DNA of 64,000 bases from Octopus vulgaris (Eukaryota). The notes under the pieces are model-generated. The model did not search any database. It saw nothing but the letters and a program-made list of their open reading frames with translations, and was not told the origin of the DNA. Numbering within the stretch: the first letter of the stretch is position 1; the number at the start of each line of letters is the position of its first letter. The stretch covers positions 3,534,001 through 3,598,000 of the forward strand of contig OX597823.1 in assembly GCA_951406725.2 (NCBI GenBank). Reading direction: 5' to 3'. Below, piece by piece: positions 13,638 through 25,524 of the stretch. The position numbers were made by a program, and so were the translations under genes.

Positions 13638-14728
13638 TCATCATTTAGCATCCGTTTTCCATTCTAGTATGGGTGGTTTGACTGGAGCTGGTGTAAGCCA
13701 GAGAGCTGTACCAGGCCCCAGTCTGTCTTGGCCTGGTTTCTACAGCTGGGTGCCCTTCCTAATGTATACTCTACAGTGTATACTGGGTGCCTTTTACACA
13801 ACTTCAGCATGAGTGCTTTCCGTGTGTCACCAGCACTGGCCGGGATTACAATCTTACTGAGTTTCACCTATCTTCTCAAGCACAACAAATTGCCAAAAAG
13901 TGTTGGTCACTTGTCATCATCTCCATGATACTCAACCACCAAAGATTATATTTTGCCATTTCGTCCCATGTCTTCCTGGGTTTCTCTCTTCCACAGCTTC
14001 TCTCCACATTTAGACTTCAGCACTTCTTTACGCAGCTGTTCTTGTCCACATGCATCACGTGCACCAGCACAGTCATCTCTCTTGCACTCTACAGCTGATG
14101 CCTCTTATGCCCAGTTTTTCTCTTAGGACACTTACGCTCTGTCCGACATGCCCATTGACACTGCACATTCAGCAGAGCATGCTAGCTTTATTTCATGTCC
14201 TCTGCAATCACAGCCCATCTTTCTCTGTGATGTAGCATGGCTGTTCGCACACAGGCATCGTACAATCTGCCCTTCACTCTGAGGGAGAGGCCTTTTCTTA
14301 TCAACAAAGGTAGAAACTCTCTAAACTTTACCTAGCCTCTTCTTATTCTAGCAACTCCACTCTCAGAGTATCCTCCTCCACTGCTGACTTAGTCACCTAG
14401 GTAACAGTAGTTATCTACTACTTCAAAGTATCCCCCGGGGCATTGAACAGAGTCTATTCTTTATCGTTTACTGTACCTCCACATCTGCTGCACTTTTTGT
14501 GTGTCCATAGCTTGCACCGGGTACACCTTATGGAGTTTCTACCTACATATTGAGCAGGGCTATTTCCCTGAAGGGATTTGTGATCTGTTTCTTTTCCTAT
14601 GTACAAAGACTTTGGGTTTTGCTAAATTAACTCTAAGGCCCTTTGATTCCACATCTGAAATTTCTTCTCTGTTTCTAACCCTGACCCTATTTCTAATAGT
14701 GATTCAGCAATAAGAACAAGGCCCTCAA
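13638..14728 (-). mobile_element. Degenerate RTE-clade LINE fragment (RT C-terminus, 3' UTR and tail)
   Basis: Minus-strand fragments EVVDNYCYLGD, KFREFLPLL, GLSLRVKGRLYDACVRTAML with stops and frameshifts. Shared 3' tail (GGAAGGGCA..CAGCTGTAGAAA) near 13735-13765. Confidence 0.8.
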
Positions 14729-15169
14729 CATATATATATATATATATATATATAAAATCGTTTAACATCCATATTATTCCATACTGGCATTGGTTGGACA
14801 GTTCAATATGAATTGATGAGTTGCAGGGCTAATCCCTAATGTCTGTTTTGTCTTGGTTTCTATGGCTTGGTGTCCTTCCTAATGCCAACCACTTTACAGA
14901 GTTGACTGGGTACTTTTTTGTGTCACCATCAGCTTGCAAAACTCCAAAGGAGCAGCTTTACACTAGGATATGGGGATAAAGTATAAGAGAAAGGGGCCAG
15001 AGCAGAACGGGTTTCTTGCTGTAGAGAAGATATATGGCTACTCACATTTTAGAAGAGAGAAATGAAACGGTTGAACTGGAGTTGGTAAGAAAAAAAATAG
15101 TGGTGATGAGTGTTAGGGTGGTCCCTCAGGGTACAAACTGGGTAGAGGTTGCACTGTATCATAGATCTA

Positions 15170-15403
15170 TCTGTTTACATTATTTACATTTGACGGATAT
15201 TTGTCCTCATCTTGTTTGTTGTTAACACAACATTTCGGCTGATATACCCTCCAGCCTTCATCAGGTGTCTTGGGGTAATTTCAAACCTGGGTTCTCATTC
15301 CTAAGGTATTTTTTGATGTTATTATTATTCAGGTCATTGCCTGGAATCGAACTCAGAATCTTGGGGTTAGTAGCCTGCTCTCTTAATCACTACGCCATAT
15401 GCC
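15170..15403 (-). mobile_element. tRNA-headed hammerhead-containing repeat (copy 3)
   Basis: Homologous to 1918-2153. A-box TGGCGTAGTG and B-box GAGTTCGATTCC on the minus strand. Confidence 0.85.
15224..15269 (-). ncRNA. Putative minimal type-I hammerhead ribozyme (best-preserved copy)
   Basis: Minus strand reads GACAC-CTGATGA-A-GGCTG-gagggtatat-CAGCC-GAAA-TGTT-GTGTT: conserved core boxes, a perfect 5-bp stem II and a 5-bp stem I. Confidence 0.75.
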
Positions 15404-15587
15404 CGTTCCTCCATCTTTCAGAGGAGAAGGAAGTGATACGCCAGGAGATATGACCCTTGAAACTGAAAGTGTCTTGACAAAGTTTGTTGAAAACCTCCTG
15501 GGTCATCTTTTAATTCTGATCTGTTTGAATAACAACAGCATTATTAGATCAATCTTTGTCTGAGCCTGTTTGTTGTTCTGATTGTAG

Positions 15588-15736
15588 GTTAACAGTATTT
15601 TGAGACATGTTGGAGAAATTTTAGGCTACACAAATGACGAACAGTTAGTTGAGCTCTACCAAAAGACTGCTTGGTACTTTGATGAAAAGCTAAACAAGCC
15701 AGGAGCCTCATACGATGTCTTTAAGCATGCTGTCAC
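15588..15736 (+). CDS. EIF2S1: eIF2-alpha coding exon 3
   Basis: ttgtag|...|gtaagt; [49 protein letters not shown]; 149 nt. Confidence 0.97.
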
Positions 15737-16243
15737 GTAAGTTAGCTTTTCACTTATTTTACATTTTTGTCAACATTTCTTATAAAAAGATCACAGGATC
15801 TTGCTTGATAAACCCTCTCACCCATCTTGACATCAACCTGCCGAAGTCTACTTCTGGTCCGATGATAACAAGCTTCCTTGTTTTGGAGTGATTTAACCCT
15901 TTGCCATTCCGATGCTTCTGTCAAATATAATGCTTCCTTTTTCACCATCTTATATCTTTGAGATTTCAATGATGAGATTGTTTATTTTTAGAATGTCATT
16001 GTAAGGTAGGTGTGAGAGGCCGGACCTGGCTGGTTTGAACATAAAACAGATGGAATATTTAAGCTGAATATGGCTGGCTTAAATGCTAATGAATTAAATT
16101 AAGACTTCTCATTAAAATTTCATATTGATTTTTGTTCCAAACACCAAATAACAACCAAGATATTTTACTAAGTTCTTCTTTATTTTTAAAATTAATTGAA
16201 ACAAATTCAGAATATGTTAACAGATTTCTAGTATCAAGAGACT

Positions 16244-16744
16244 TGTAGTGACGTCATATTCCAGTGTGCGCACACGCAACGTCATTCTTCAGTGTGCGTG
16301 TGTGGGGCCTTCTGGAACCTTCTGGAGGAGCATAAGGAGGTTCCCTCATGCACATGCGCTAGAGACTGAAGAATAAATTCCATAGCGTTCCTTAATAGCG
16401 TTCGGGGACTTGAGACACGGCGATAGAAGAGAAAGACGTATATTTTGAATCCTGTGATCAGCCTATTCTCCTGTCCCAGACGCTTAGGATTTAACCTGTT
16501 CTGTTGCTGCTGAATTGTTGTAAGAAGCTTACAAACGTTAGAATTCAGCCTTGCTGCGTTGAACTAGGTGGATACCAGCATACCATCGTGTGTCATTGTT
16601 GAACCAAGAGAATAAAGAATTGTATATATTTTTAAACTTGCGTTTCGTTCCTGACTGGTAGTTTCTAGAAACAAAAAGAAAGGAAATTGTGTTGCACCCA
16701 AGTTGCACCCCAAAAGTGTAAAGAAGCAACCAGTTCCCTTTACA
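16244..16744. mobile_element. Solo LTR (probably Ty3/gypsy type)
   Basis: 501 bp with TGTA...TACA termini, a 4-bp TSD GACT (16240-16243 and 16745-16748) and internal AATAAA at 16371 and 16611. Confidence 0.75.
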
Positions 16745-18120
16745 GACTTGAAATATTAAGTTTATATCATAGAACCAAACCAGTGTCTGGCAGGATTAAT
16801 CTGTTTGCTCATTTTTCCTTTCCAGTCCATATTGGCTTTCCTCCAGCCATTTGGTGATGTCATCCTCCACCACCAAAGACCACGCTTTCTATATACACTG
16901 GTTTCCTTAGTGGAGCTGCATGGTTTAGTGGTCCGGCTATTTCGTCCATCATTCACCAATTTCCAGTGGTGTGTTGTGTCCTTGAGCAAGACACTTTATT
17001 TCACATTCCTCCAGTCCACTCAGCTGGCAAAAAGGGGTCGAGCCTAGATTTCAAAGGGGCCAGCTTTGTTACATTGTGTCATGCTGAATGTCTCCGAGAA
17101 ATATGTTAAAGGTACACATGTCTGTGGAGTGCTCAGCCACTTGCACGTTAGTTTTACAATCAGGTTGTTCTGTTGATCGGATCATCTGCTTCTCTCATCC
17201 TTGTTACCAACCAAGTGCCAGCTTCCTCACATTCTCACACACACACTCCCCCTCTCTCACATACACACTGCCTTCCTCTTACAGACGCTCTCCCTCTCTC
17301 TTACACACACACACTCTCTCTCTCTCACATACTCCCTTTCTCTAGCACTCTCTCCCTCTCTCTCACCTGCACATTCTGTCACTGTTTTCTTCTCAATCGT
17401 GATTTCTAGAATCAACAACATTCTTCAAATGAACCTTTCATTTCTTTTCTCTCCGTTGCCCCATCATTCTCATTTAACATCTTCTGTCTCCCATGCTGGC
17501 ACCCTTTTGCACAAGACCCAATGTGCTCTGAGAGCTGCACCCTGCTCCAGTGTCTGCTGTGGCATGGGTTCCTATGGCTGGACACCCTCAATGCCAACCC
17601 CTTTACACAGTGTGATGGGTGGCAATGGCAGAGGAGCCAAATGATTTGCTTGACAAACTTTTACAAAACCTATCAATTAATAAACAGAATGAAAATTGAA
17701 AACCAGAATAAGGAGAAATCACTTGGTTACTATTTCTAGCAGTTGAAGCATTCGTGTAGAGGCTTCTTCTTTGGTGGTGTTTGTCTGAAAGGGTAATGGA
17801 CAAAGCTGCAGCCACACCACCTTTTTTCTGAGAATAGTTCTCGGACTCTGATATTATTGCTCCATTTTGCCTATTTTGTTTTAAAAACAAATTTGAGGAA
17901 ACTTTGGCTGCTGTCACATGTTGAGTGTTTGTAGGAAATGGTCATTGAGGGTTCCATTCCTTTAGAAATGTTGATCAGATCTGAATTCTTCTGTTTATTC
18001 TATTACTTTTAGGCCCCCCCCCCCACTTTGTAGTTCTTACAAAATGTCTTAGTTTTTCTATTTTGATAAACAATGGTTAAACAAGAAAAAAAAGTGTATT
18101 TGAAACTTTTGTTGTTGCAG

Positions 18121-18227
18121 AACCCCTAGTATTTTGGATGAATGTGACATTGAAGACGAAACCAAAAGAGTCCTTATTGAAAATATCCAGCGCCGGTTGA
18201 CACCCCAAGCTGTGAAAATACGAGCTG
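18121..18227 (+). CDS. EIF2S1: eIF2-alpha coding exon 4
   Basis: ttgcag|...|gtagtg; [35 protein letters not shown]; 107 nt. Confidence 0.97.
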
Positions 18228-18264
18228 GTAGTGTTTTGCTTTGTTTTTACATTGGTTACATTCG

Positions 18265-18606
18265 ATTGTTAATACAACATTTCGGCTGATATACTCTCCA
18301 GCCTTCATCAGGTGTCTTGGGGAAATTTTGAACCTAGGTCCTCATTCCTAAGGTAGTTTTTGATATTGTTGCTGTTAAGATTGCTACCTGGAATCGAACT
18401 CTGAATCTTGGAGTTAGTAGCGTGTGCTCTTAACCACTACACCATATGCCTGTGGGCAATTATGGAGTGAAATTTCCCCAAGACACTTGATGAAGGCTGG
18501 AGGGTATATCAGCTGAAATGTGTTAGCGACAAACAAGATGAGGACAAATAGCCTTCAAATGTAAATAATATACATAATTCCTCATCTCCTCAATATAGAA
18601 CTGTAC
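18265..18606. mobile_element. Inverted pair of hammerhead-containing repeats (minus copy ~18265-18476, plus partial copy ~18469-18606)
   Basis: Two oppositely oriented segments of the same module joined at the palindrome GAAATTTC. Confidence 0.85.
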
Positions 18607-18767
18607 TTTGCTTTCCTTTTGTTTTTACTCCTGCATTTCTATCAACTCCTAGCATTCAATAAACTGACAAGGCTGGACTTGGCCTCGACACATCTTAATT
18701 CTGTTGTTTCTCTAATTTTGTATTTGCTCCGATTTCCTGATTAATCTCTCTTCCAATATTTATTTAG

Positions 18768-18865
18768 ATATTGAAGTTGCCTGCTACAAATACGAAGGAG
18801 TTGATGCTGTAAAAGCAGCCCTCAATAAAGGCCTGGAACTATCAACAGAAGAAATGCCAATCAAA
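18768..18865 (+). CDS. EIF2S1: eIF2-alpha coding exon 5
   Basis: atttag|...|gtaagc; (D)[32 protein letters not shown]; 98 nt. Confidence 0.97.
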
Positions 18866-19239
18866 GTAAGCCATTTTCTTTCCCCCGCCAACTTCTCTCT
18901 GGTGGAATTGAGTTGTGGAAAGGTTTCAAGTTCTAATTCTTGTGACCAAACAGTTAAAACCTTGTGAGGGGATTCGGTAGATGGAAACTGGAAGAGGTTC
19001 TTTGTGTGTCTGTGCCTGCATATGCATGTCCCTTGCTTTGATTTTGCATAATTATAATTATAAACAGGTTCCAAAATGCAAGCAATATCTTTTGTTTCCA
19101 ATCTTCAGTGAAGACTTGTCTGTTGATGGGGGAAATGATGCTGTGGAAAGAGGGAGGAGGACTGAGTGAGGACTTGATGGGGATGCTGGGGTTGGAGGGA
19201 CCAGTGGAGCAGCTGGGGTGCAGTGGTGTGCGCATGTGT

Positions 19240-19490
19240 TGAGGAGGAAATGAGGAGCCTGTTCTGAAGAGGATGCTAGAGTTTGAGGTAAATGGAGAGC
19301 GAAAGTAGACCGAGGAAAGTGTGGAGGAGGAGGAGATTGGGAGGGTTGGCTTGAGAAGGGAGGACGCCCCAAACCGGACAAGATGGTGTGAGGGTGGTTG
19401 CTATGGTATTGAGGTAGATCCGGCCACCTCTGTTAACGGGGACAAAATCCAGATTCAAAATGATGGATGGTGATGATGATGATGATGATA
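19240..19490 (+). mobile_element. 3' end of a second RTE-like LINE family (second copy ~28060-28266)
   Basis: Two homologous segments ending in (GAT)n. Remnant peptide GRVGLRREDAPNRTRW resembles RTE ORF C-termini. Confidence 0.6.
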
Positions 19491-19587
19491 TATAAAAATT
19501 CAACAAACTTAAATTTGATTTGATTTTTCAGTTTTTGTCTTTTGGTATTCGAAATTAATTTGTTTTTCTGACTTTCTTTCTTTTTAG

Positions 19588-19731
19588 ATCAACTTAATTG
19601 CTCCTCCCCTCTATGTAATGACCACCCAGACTCTAGAGAAGGCTGATGGCCTGCGTGCTCTCACGAATGCTACCAATGTTGTGAAACAGGCCATCGAGAA
19701 TATGGGAGGGATGTTTAACATGCAAATGGCT
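19588..19731 (+). CDS. EIF2S1: eIF2-alpha coding exon 6
   Basis: ttttag|...|gtaagt; INLIAPPLYVMTTQTLEKADGLRALTNATNVVKQAIENMGGMFNMQMA; 144 nt. Confidence 0.97.
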
Positions 19732-21939
19732 GTAAGTTTGAAGTTTCTATTGCTTTAGATTTGCGTAGAATTGGTGAAGTGAAGGTATTGTGTTTCTGGA
19801 TCAGAAGCTACAACTGACTACATGGCTCACTTTGCCTATTGGTTAATATGTTGTGCCACTTTGATGATCTGCTGGGACTGAAGGTAAGGAGTTGGCCCTG
19901 GGCTTGGGCTCCTGGTTCTGTTGTTATGAGGGGGTAAAACAAACAACAGACAGAAGACATTCTATGAAAGTCTTCCAAACTAATTGTTTTCCTTCTGTAA
20001 GAAATGTTTAATTTCGTAAAACGTTTTGTGTGGATGAGTTGACATATCGGAGGAGGAGAAATTTTTAAGATCTTTGTTAATGAGGAAGCAACATGACAGG
20101 AAAACAAAACAAACGAAAAACAACTAAATCCGTATTTTCTGTGCCTCTTCTTCGTTGCTCTGATGTAAAAGTCCAATCGTTATTCTTGCTTTGATGAATC
20201 TAGAAATGATTATCTCCCTTACAATAACTAACCACCACCAGGGGGACACAACAGAATGATAATGGGAAATTTAATCCTTTGCATCTGAGAATATATTTTA
20301 ACAGGTATGATTTCATTTGACTTATTCACCTGGAAGACACAAAAATGGGGCAGCAACACGGTTTTGTGCTTATACCTCCTTATTTTCAACTGTAAACACA
20401 ATCCCCTGACCATTCTCTAACAAAATCCTGCCTTCTGAAGCATACCTGTGGGCTGTCTTCTCCTCTCTCTCTCCCTTTTTACTCCTTTCACCCAACCATT
20501 CTGGCCTCTCTGCTGTAATCACTTTCTCTCCTGGGAAGAGAAAGACTAGACTTGCAAAGCTCATCTAGTTCTGTCTTGTTGACAATTTACCCATCTCTCT
20601 ACAGTTGGTGCCACCTCAAGGCACACTGTAAAGTGGTTGGTGTCAGAACAAGCATCCAACTTCAGAAACCAAGTCAAACGACATGTATGAGCGCCAGTGA
20701 GAAACAACTTGGTGTTGGCTACTCATCAAGTGCATGCTGGCATAGCAGGTGTACACAGGTATATGTATGTATATCATTTAATATACAGGTGTGGTAAGAA
20801 GCTTGCTTCTCAACCACATGGCACCTTGAGCAAGTGTACTCTACTATAGCCTTGTTCCAATCAAGACCTTATTTGGTAGACAGAAACTGAAAGAAGCCTG
20901 TGTGCGTGTGTATATATGTATCCGTGTCTTTGAGTCTGTACCATGACTTAGCTGTTTGGCAAAGGTGACTGATAGAATACATACCAGGCTAAAAAAAACA
21001 AAGAACGTCAGGGTTGATTTGTTCAGCTTAATACCCTTCAAAAGGGTACCCCAGCTTGGCCACAGTCAAATAACTGACAAGACAATATTTAAATAAGAGC
21101 TAATAGTTCCATGCCATGGAACTGCAGTGATTTGGCAAAACTTTGTACGACATAGCTTGTGACCTGAAACAATCCTTTGGACCCAAACGCACATGGTTCT
21201 GACCCCGAAGGATTGCTTGGAGCCATAAGGCCTGTTATATAAGTCTTTAGAATTATTGTGTTTCCATTGCCTGAAACTATCGGTAGCTCATATTTAAATA
21301 CTATGTATATTAAATTTTATCTCTCACTGGATGGCCGACCTTACCTGTAATGGAACAGTAAACTCTATTATATACATACAGAAATATTGAGGGAGGAGCA
21401 TGGTCGATGCCAGCACCACCTGACTGGCTCCCGTGCCGGTGGCACGTAAAAAGCACCCACTACACTCTCTGAGTGGTTGGCATTAGGAAGGTCATCCAGC
21501 TGTAGAAACTTTGCCAGGTCAGATTGGAGCCTGGTGCAGCCTTCTGGCTTGCCAACCCATGCCAGCATGGAAAGCAGACGTTAAACGATGATGATGATGA
21601 TATATGTGTATATATATTTATAAAAGTGTACTGTTTCCATGAGGCTCTGGTCGACCTGGGATTATGGTAGAAGATACTTGCCCAAGGTGCTGCATAGTAA
21701 TGACTGCCTTAGAAACCAGATTGTTGAGAGGCAGATTGCTTCAGCAGATATGTCTGAGCCTGTGTAAATCATTTCAGAATATTTTCAATAATTAACTGAA
21801 TTATGAGCATTTTCTGACTTGATTAGTCTCTTTAACGATATCATGGGCCCTTGTTAGGAAGTGCCAGGATTTGAACCTGTCTGTCGATACGTTAGCTTGT
21901 GTCTGTTTCGAGCCTTAAGAACTTCTTTGTTAATTGCAG

Positions 21940-22080
21940 CCGAAAGTTGTTTCCGATACTGATGAACTTGAGCTGGCCAAACATTTGGAACGCCTGGAAG
22001 AACAGAACCAAGATGTGTCTGGGGATGAGGATTCTGACGAATGTGGTGATGGCAGCGGAGATGAGATTACAAAAGAATAA
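21940..22080 (+). CDS. EIF2S1: eIF2-alpha terminal coding exon 7 (acidic tail, TAA stop)
   Basis: ttgcag|[46 protein letters not shown]. Summed CDS is 957 nt = 318 aa. Confidence 0.96.
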   Translation, partial: PKVVSDTDELELAKHLERLEEQNQDVSGDEDSDECGDGSGDEITKE

Positions 22081-23947
22081 ACAACAAAACAGAAGAAGAC
22101 CTCAAAAGACAATTCATTGGACAAAGAATTTGACATTTTGTTTTGCAATCATGGACATACAACTGCCTTGTATATGCTCCAAGTCAAATAAAAGAGAAGC
22201 TGGGAATTTTTTCAAAACCTTTAATGATAAAAATTTGCAAAAGTTCTTTCTTTCTCTTTCCCTCCTCTCGTCTGGTTTTGCTGAATGAAACATTTCTTGA
22301 TCCAGTTTCTTTTTTTTTTTATGGTATTTCTGGTTCCGTGGCAGCTTTCAGGTATTTATATTTGGATTCGTAACACACACACACACACCCATTCATGCCA
22401 ATCCATGGATTGAGTTTTGTTTTACTGTGAACAACATCTGAAATAGTTTCGTTTAGGGAAATACGAACCCTGATTGCCAGCATTCAACATAAATTGACCA
22501 CTTTATAGCTTTTTGAAACTTCATATTCCTTAAACTGATCGCAGACATCATCCTACCAAGAGGACTGTCCCGGCTCTTACATGTATGAGTTGCCTCCCCT
22601 CATCCAGTTGAATATTAGAAATTTATGCACCGAAGCAAGTTTCTCTTGATGACAAATTTAATTTCCAACGGATTCTGCACATAAATTAACCTGGAATTTT
22701 AATGGCAAATTTCTATTTAGATCACTTTGACAGGGACTGTCTCGCATTGATTGGTATCAAAAGGGCTAATGGTGAAATGTAAATTTCTTCAAAAATATTT
22801 CAAAGTCTTCAAATTAGAGATTAATTTTTAGATCCAAACTAAAGGGTAAATGTTTCAAAATTCACTTGAGGCTATTTTTGGCATAAATTCTTTCATAGAA
22901 CCAGTATTAGTGTTTCTTTTGACAGTTAAATAGAATTTCTTCAGGTTGGGTTAAAGGAAAATTAAAAACACCAAAAGTTCTTTGTTAACGAAAAAAATTT
23001 TTTAAATTTTTTATTTCTATTAAAATATTAAATTATTACTAAATGAGGGAAAAATAAATGAATTTCAGTTTTGATGTCCACAGTTGCAGTGAGATTGAGC
23101 AATGAAATACCTTCCCACCCCACTTAAGAATTCTTCCATATTACAAGACCTGGTTACTAGAAAGACTAATATAAATACCCCTCTTTTATCACCAACCTTA
23201 TTATTTCTGTTGGTAACACAACAGACACCTGGCATTCCTACTCAAAATTCAAAAAGTTTATTCTTCTGTGAAATGTCATTGAGCAACATTGGATAAAGGT
23301 TAATTAAATATTGCAGGTGAGTATTTTCAGAATGTAATTTTTTAAAATCCAATCAAATTTGAAAGTTGAGTGAAGAAAGAGAAAGACATTACTAAATGCT
23401 TAATCTAACAATTCTTGGAATGTTTTTTCAAAAACATGGACAAAACGTCCATTTCTTTTTTTCTTTTCCTTTTTACTGGAATGTTGATTTTAAAAAAAAA
23501 AAAATTTATCTTCATACGAAAAATCTAACAATTTTTTCAATCAGAAAACTCGATTAAAAAGTGTTAGGGTTGGCTGCTAACCTGTAAAGGACTGAAATGA
23601 TATGTACAGTTGACTACAGAAACTAACAGGGGTTTAATTTCAAGAGGAAACAAAAAAGGAAATGCCAGACACTGCAAAGCTTCATTCTATATACAATTGG
23701 TTCTGAAATTATTATTAATGGCTTAGTTAAATATATAATTCAAAATATTAGACCCCTTTTTTTTTTTTTTTTCTCTTGTTCCCACTTGAAACAACCATAT
23801 CAAGTTGTTTCACCCATTTTCTTTGACCCCAGACAATACATTGTCATAATATCTTCGAGGAAAGAGAGAGAGAGAGAGAGATATAGATATATATACATAC
23901 ATATATAAATACGAAAGCACATTGAAAAAGTAAAAGTCTGTCAACTG

Positions 23948-24180
23948 CTATACATCATCAAAGATTCCTCTGGGCGGTTTGTGGCCCGTTCTTGTTACTG
24001 AGCTGTATCTAGGTGGAGGTTGCGACTGCTGGTAACCCGTGGCAGCAGTTGTGTTGTGATGGCTAATGTTGATATAATCTTCTAAATTGTCAGTAGCTGT
24101 ATCTCCCGTATAATCGACTGGATCAGCTTGGCGCAGAAGTTCAGTTCGATCGTTTTCATCTGGACTCCGAGGGATTTTAC
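23948..24180 (-). CDS. LMBRD2: LMBRD2 terminal coding exon 12
   Basis: gtttag|(G)KIPRSPDENDRTELLRQADPVDY...PPRGIFDDV* with TAG stop. Summed CDS is 2145 nt = 714 aa. Confidence 0.92.
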
Positions 24181-25419
24181 CTAAACAAAAATTGAAGAGG
24201 CGGAAAAAAACAAAATCTATAGTAATGGCTGATGTATGGGTTGACTCACTGATTTCTTCAGCCACACTTTATTAATCTCTTTAAGAGTGAAGAGGTGTGT
24301 TTTACAACTTTCAGAAAAATGCACTTTAATGAAAATTTTTAGAGATAGGTTTGCAGAGAAGCAGATTGTGAGGAATTATTCATAGTTTTAGTCACTGGAC
24401 TCTGGCCATGCTGGGGTACTGTTTTCAAGGCCTTCATTCAACAAACCAACCACAGTGCTTATTTTTATAATCTCATTTACTAATCCACTATTTTACAAGT
24501 ACATACCTTTATATATATATTTATAAAAGATGATTTTACACCCACAAAAAGTGAGTATACATAAATTCATTCGTATATGAAAAAACAAAATCCGTAAATG
24601 TGATTAAGGTACAAGTATCTACATCACTTGTCTAGTGTAATACAGACACACAAGGTGTGTAAATATCCTCCTGTCTAGGGTGAATCTGACTAAAGGGTCA
24701 TGGATCCCTACTTTACTCCCAACAATGTCCCCTTCCTTAATCCTTTCAACCTGTAAGCCAAGCTTTAGCTGGTGCAGTTTCCTTTCAATATTTCTGCAAG
24801 ATGCAAAAGTAGGCAGTCGCATGGTTTCTGTTTTCTGTGCGTCACTAAGTGGCAGAAACGGTTTTGTATTTTCAGCTGTGGCTGTCCACATTTATTTGTC
24901 TTTTATAGTCAAACGAAATCACATCCACTAAACAGCATGGTCATGTGCCCAAAGGATTCAGTTCTACTGGTTCTGTTGTTTAACCCTGGGTCAGACTTGA
25001 TGGTGCAAACTGATGATTAAAAACACTGTGACCAGCCCATCTGTTTAGGGGTTTTCAGGACAAAACTAAACAGTGTGTCTATTTGCTGAAGATTTTGGGA
25101 TGTAATTTGAGGGAGATTTGGCTGCTGCTATTTCTAAAATAAATTGAAGGACTTTTTTGTTGGCCCATCTATACAGGAGCACTGTAAGTAACAACAGGTG
25201 TTTTGTTAATGAGGAGTATGGCATTCAAATCCACCTGTTTTTGAAGACCAACCCTACAGTGGTGACCCCCTAAAACCAGGTTATGGGACTCCCAATCAAC
25301 AAACATCTAAGAAATGTGTTAAGATGGCAAAAATTCAGGAAACATGCCCCTCCCCCTTAGGAAATCTAATTATTGTGTTGTTCATAATTTCTGACAATGT
25401 GTTTGGAAGAAATCCTTAC

Positions 25420-25524
25420 CTCTGCGAGGACTTTCGGAAGATGATGGTTTAATGCCACCAAACTGGTCATTCCACATTTTCCGACGGGCTTCTCCATCAG
25501 CTTTTCTTTCTCGACGTCTCTTTT
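25420..25524 (-). CDS. LMBRD2: LMBRD2 coding exon 11
   Basis: ttttag|(E)KRRRERKADGEARRKMWNDQFGGIKPSSSESPRR|gtaagg; 105 nt. Confidence 0.92.

Noticed and set aside
17088-17644. Overlapping 78-147 aa ORFs
   Set aside because: Low-complexity CT/CA microsatellite read-through within an intron.
24619-24891. Possible extra LMBRD2 exon (ORF with a ttacag acceptor near 24750)
   Set aside because: Joining it to the phase-1 exon 11 gives an immediate stop (G|GT TGA), and exons 11 and 12 already join in frame.
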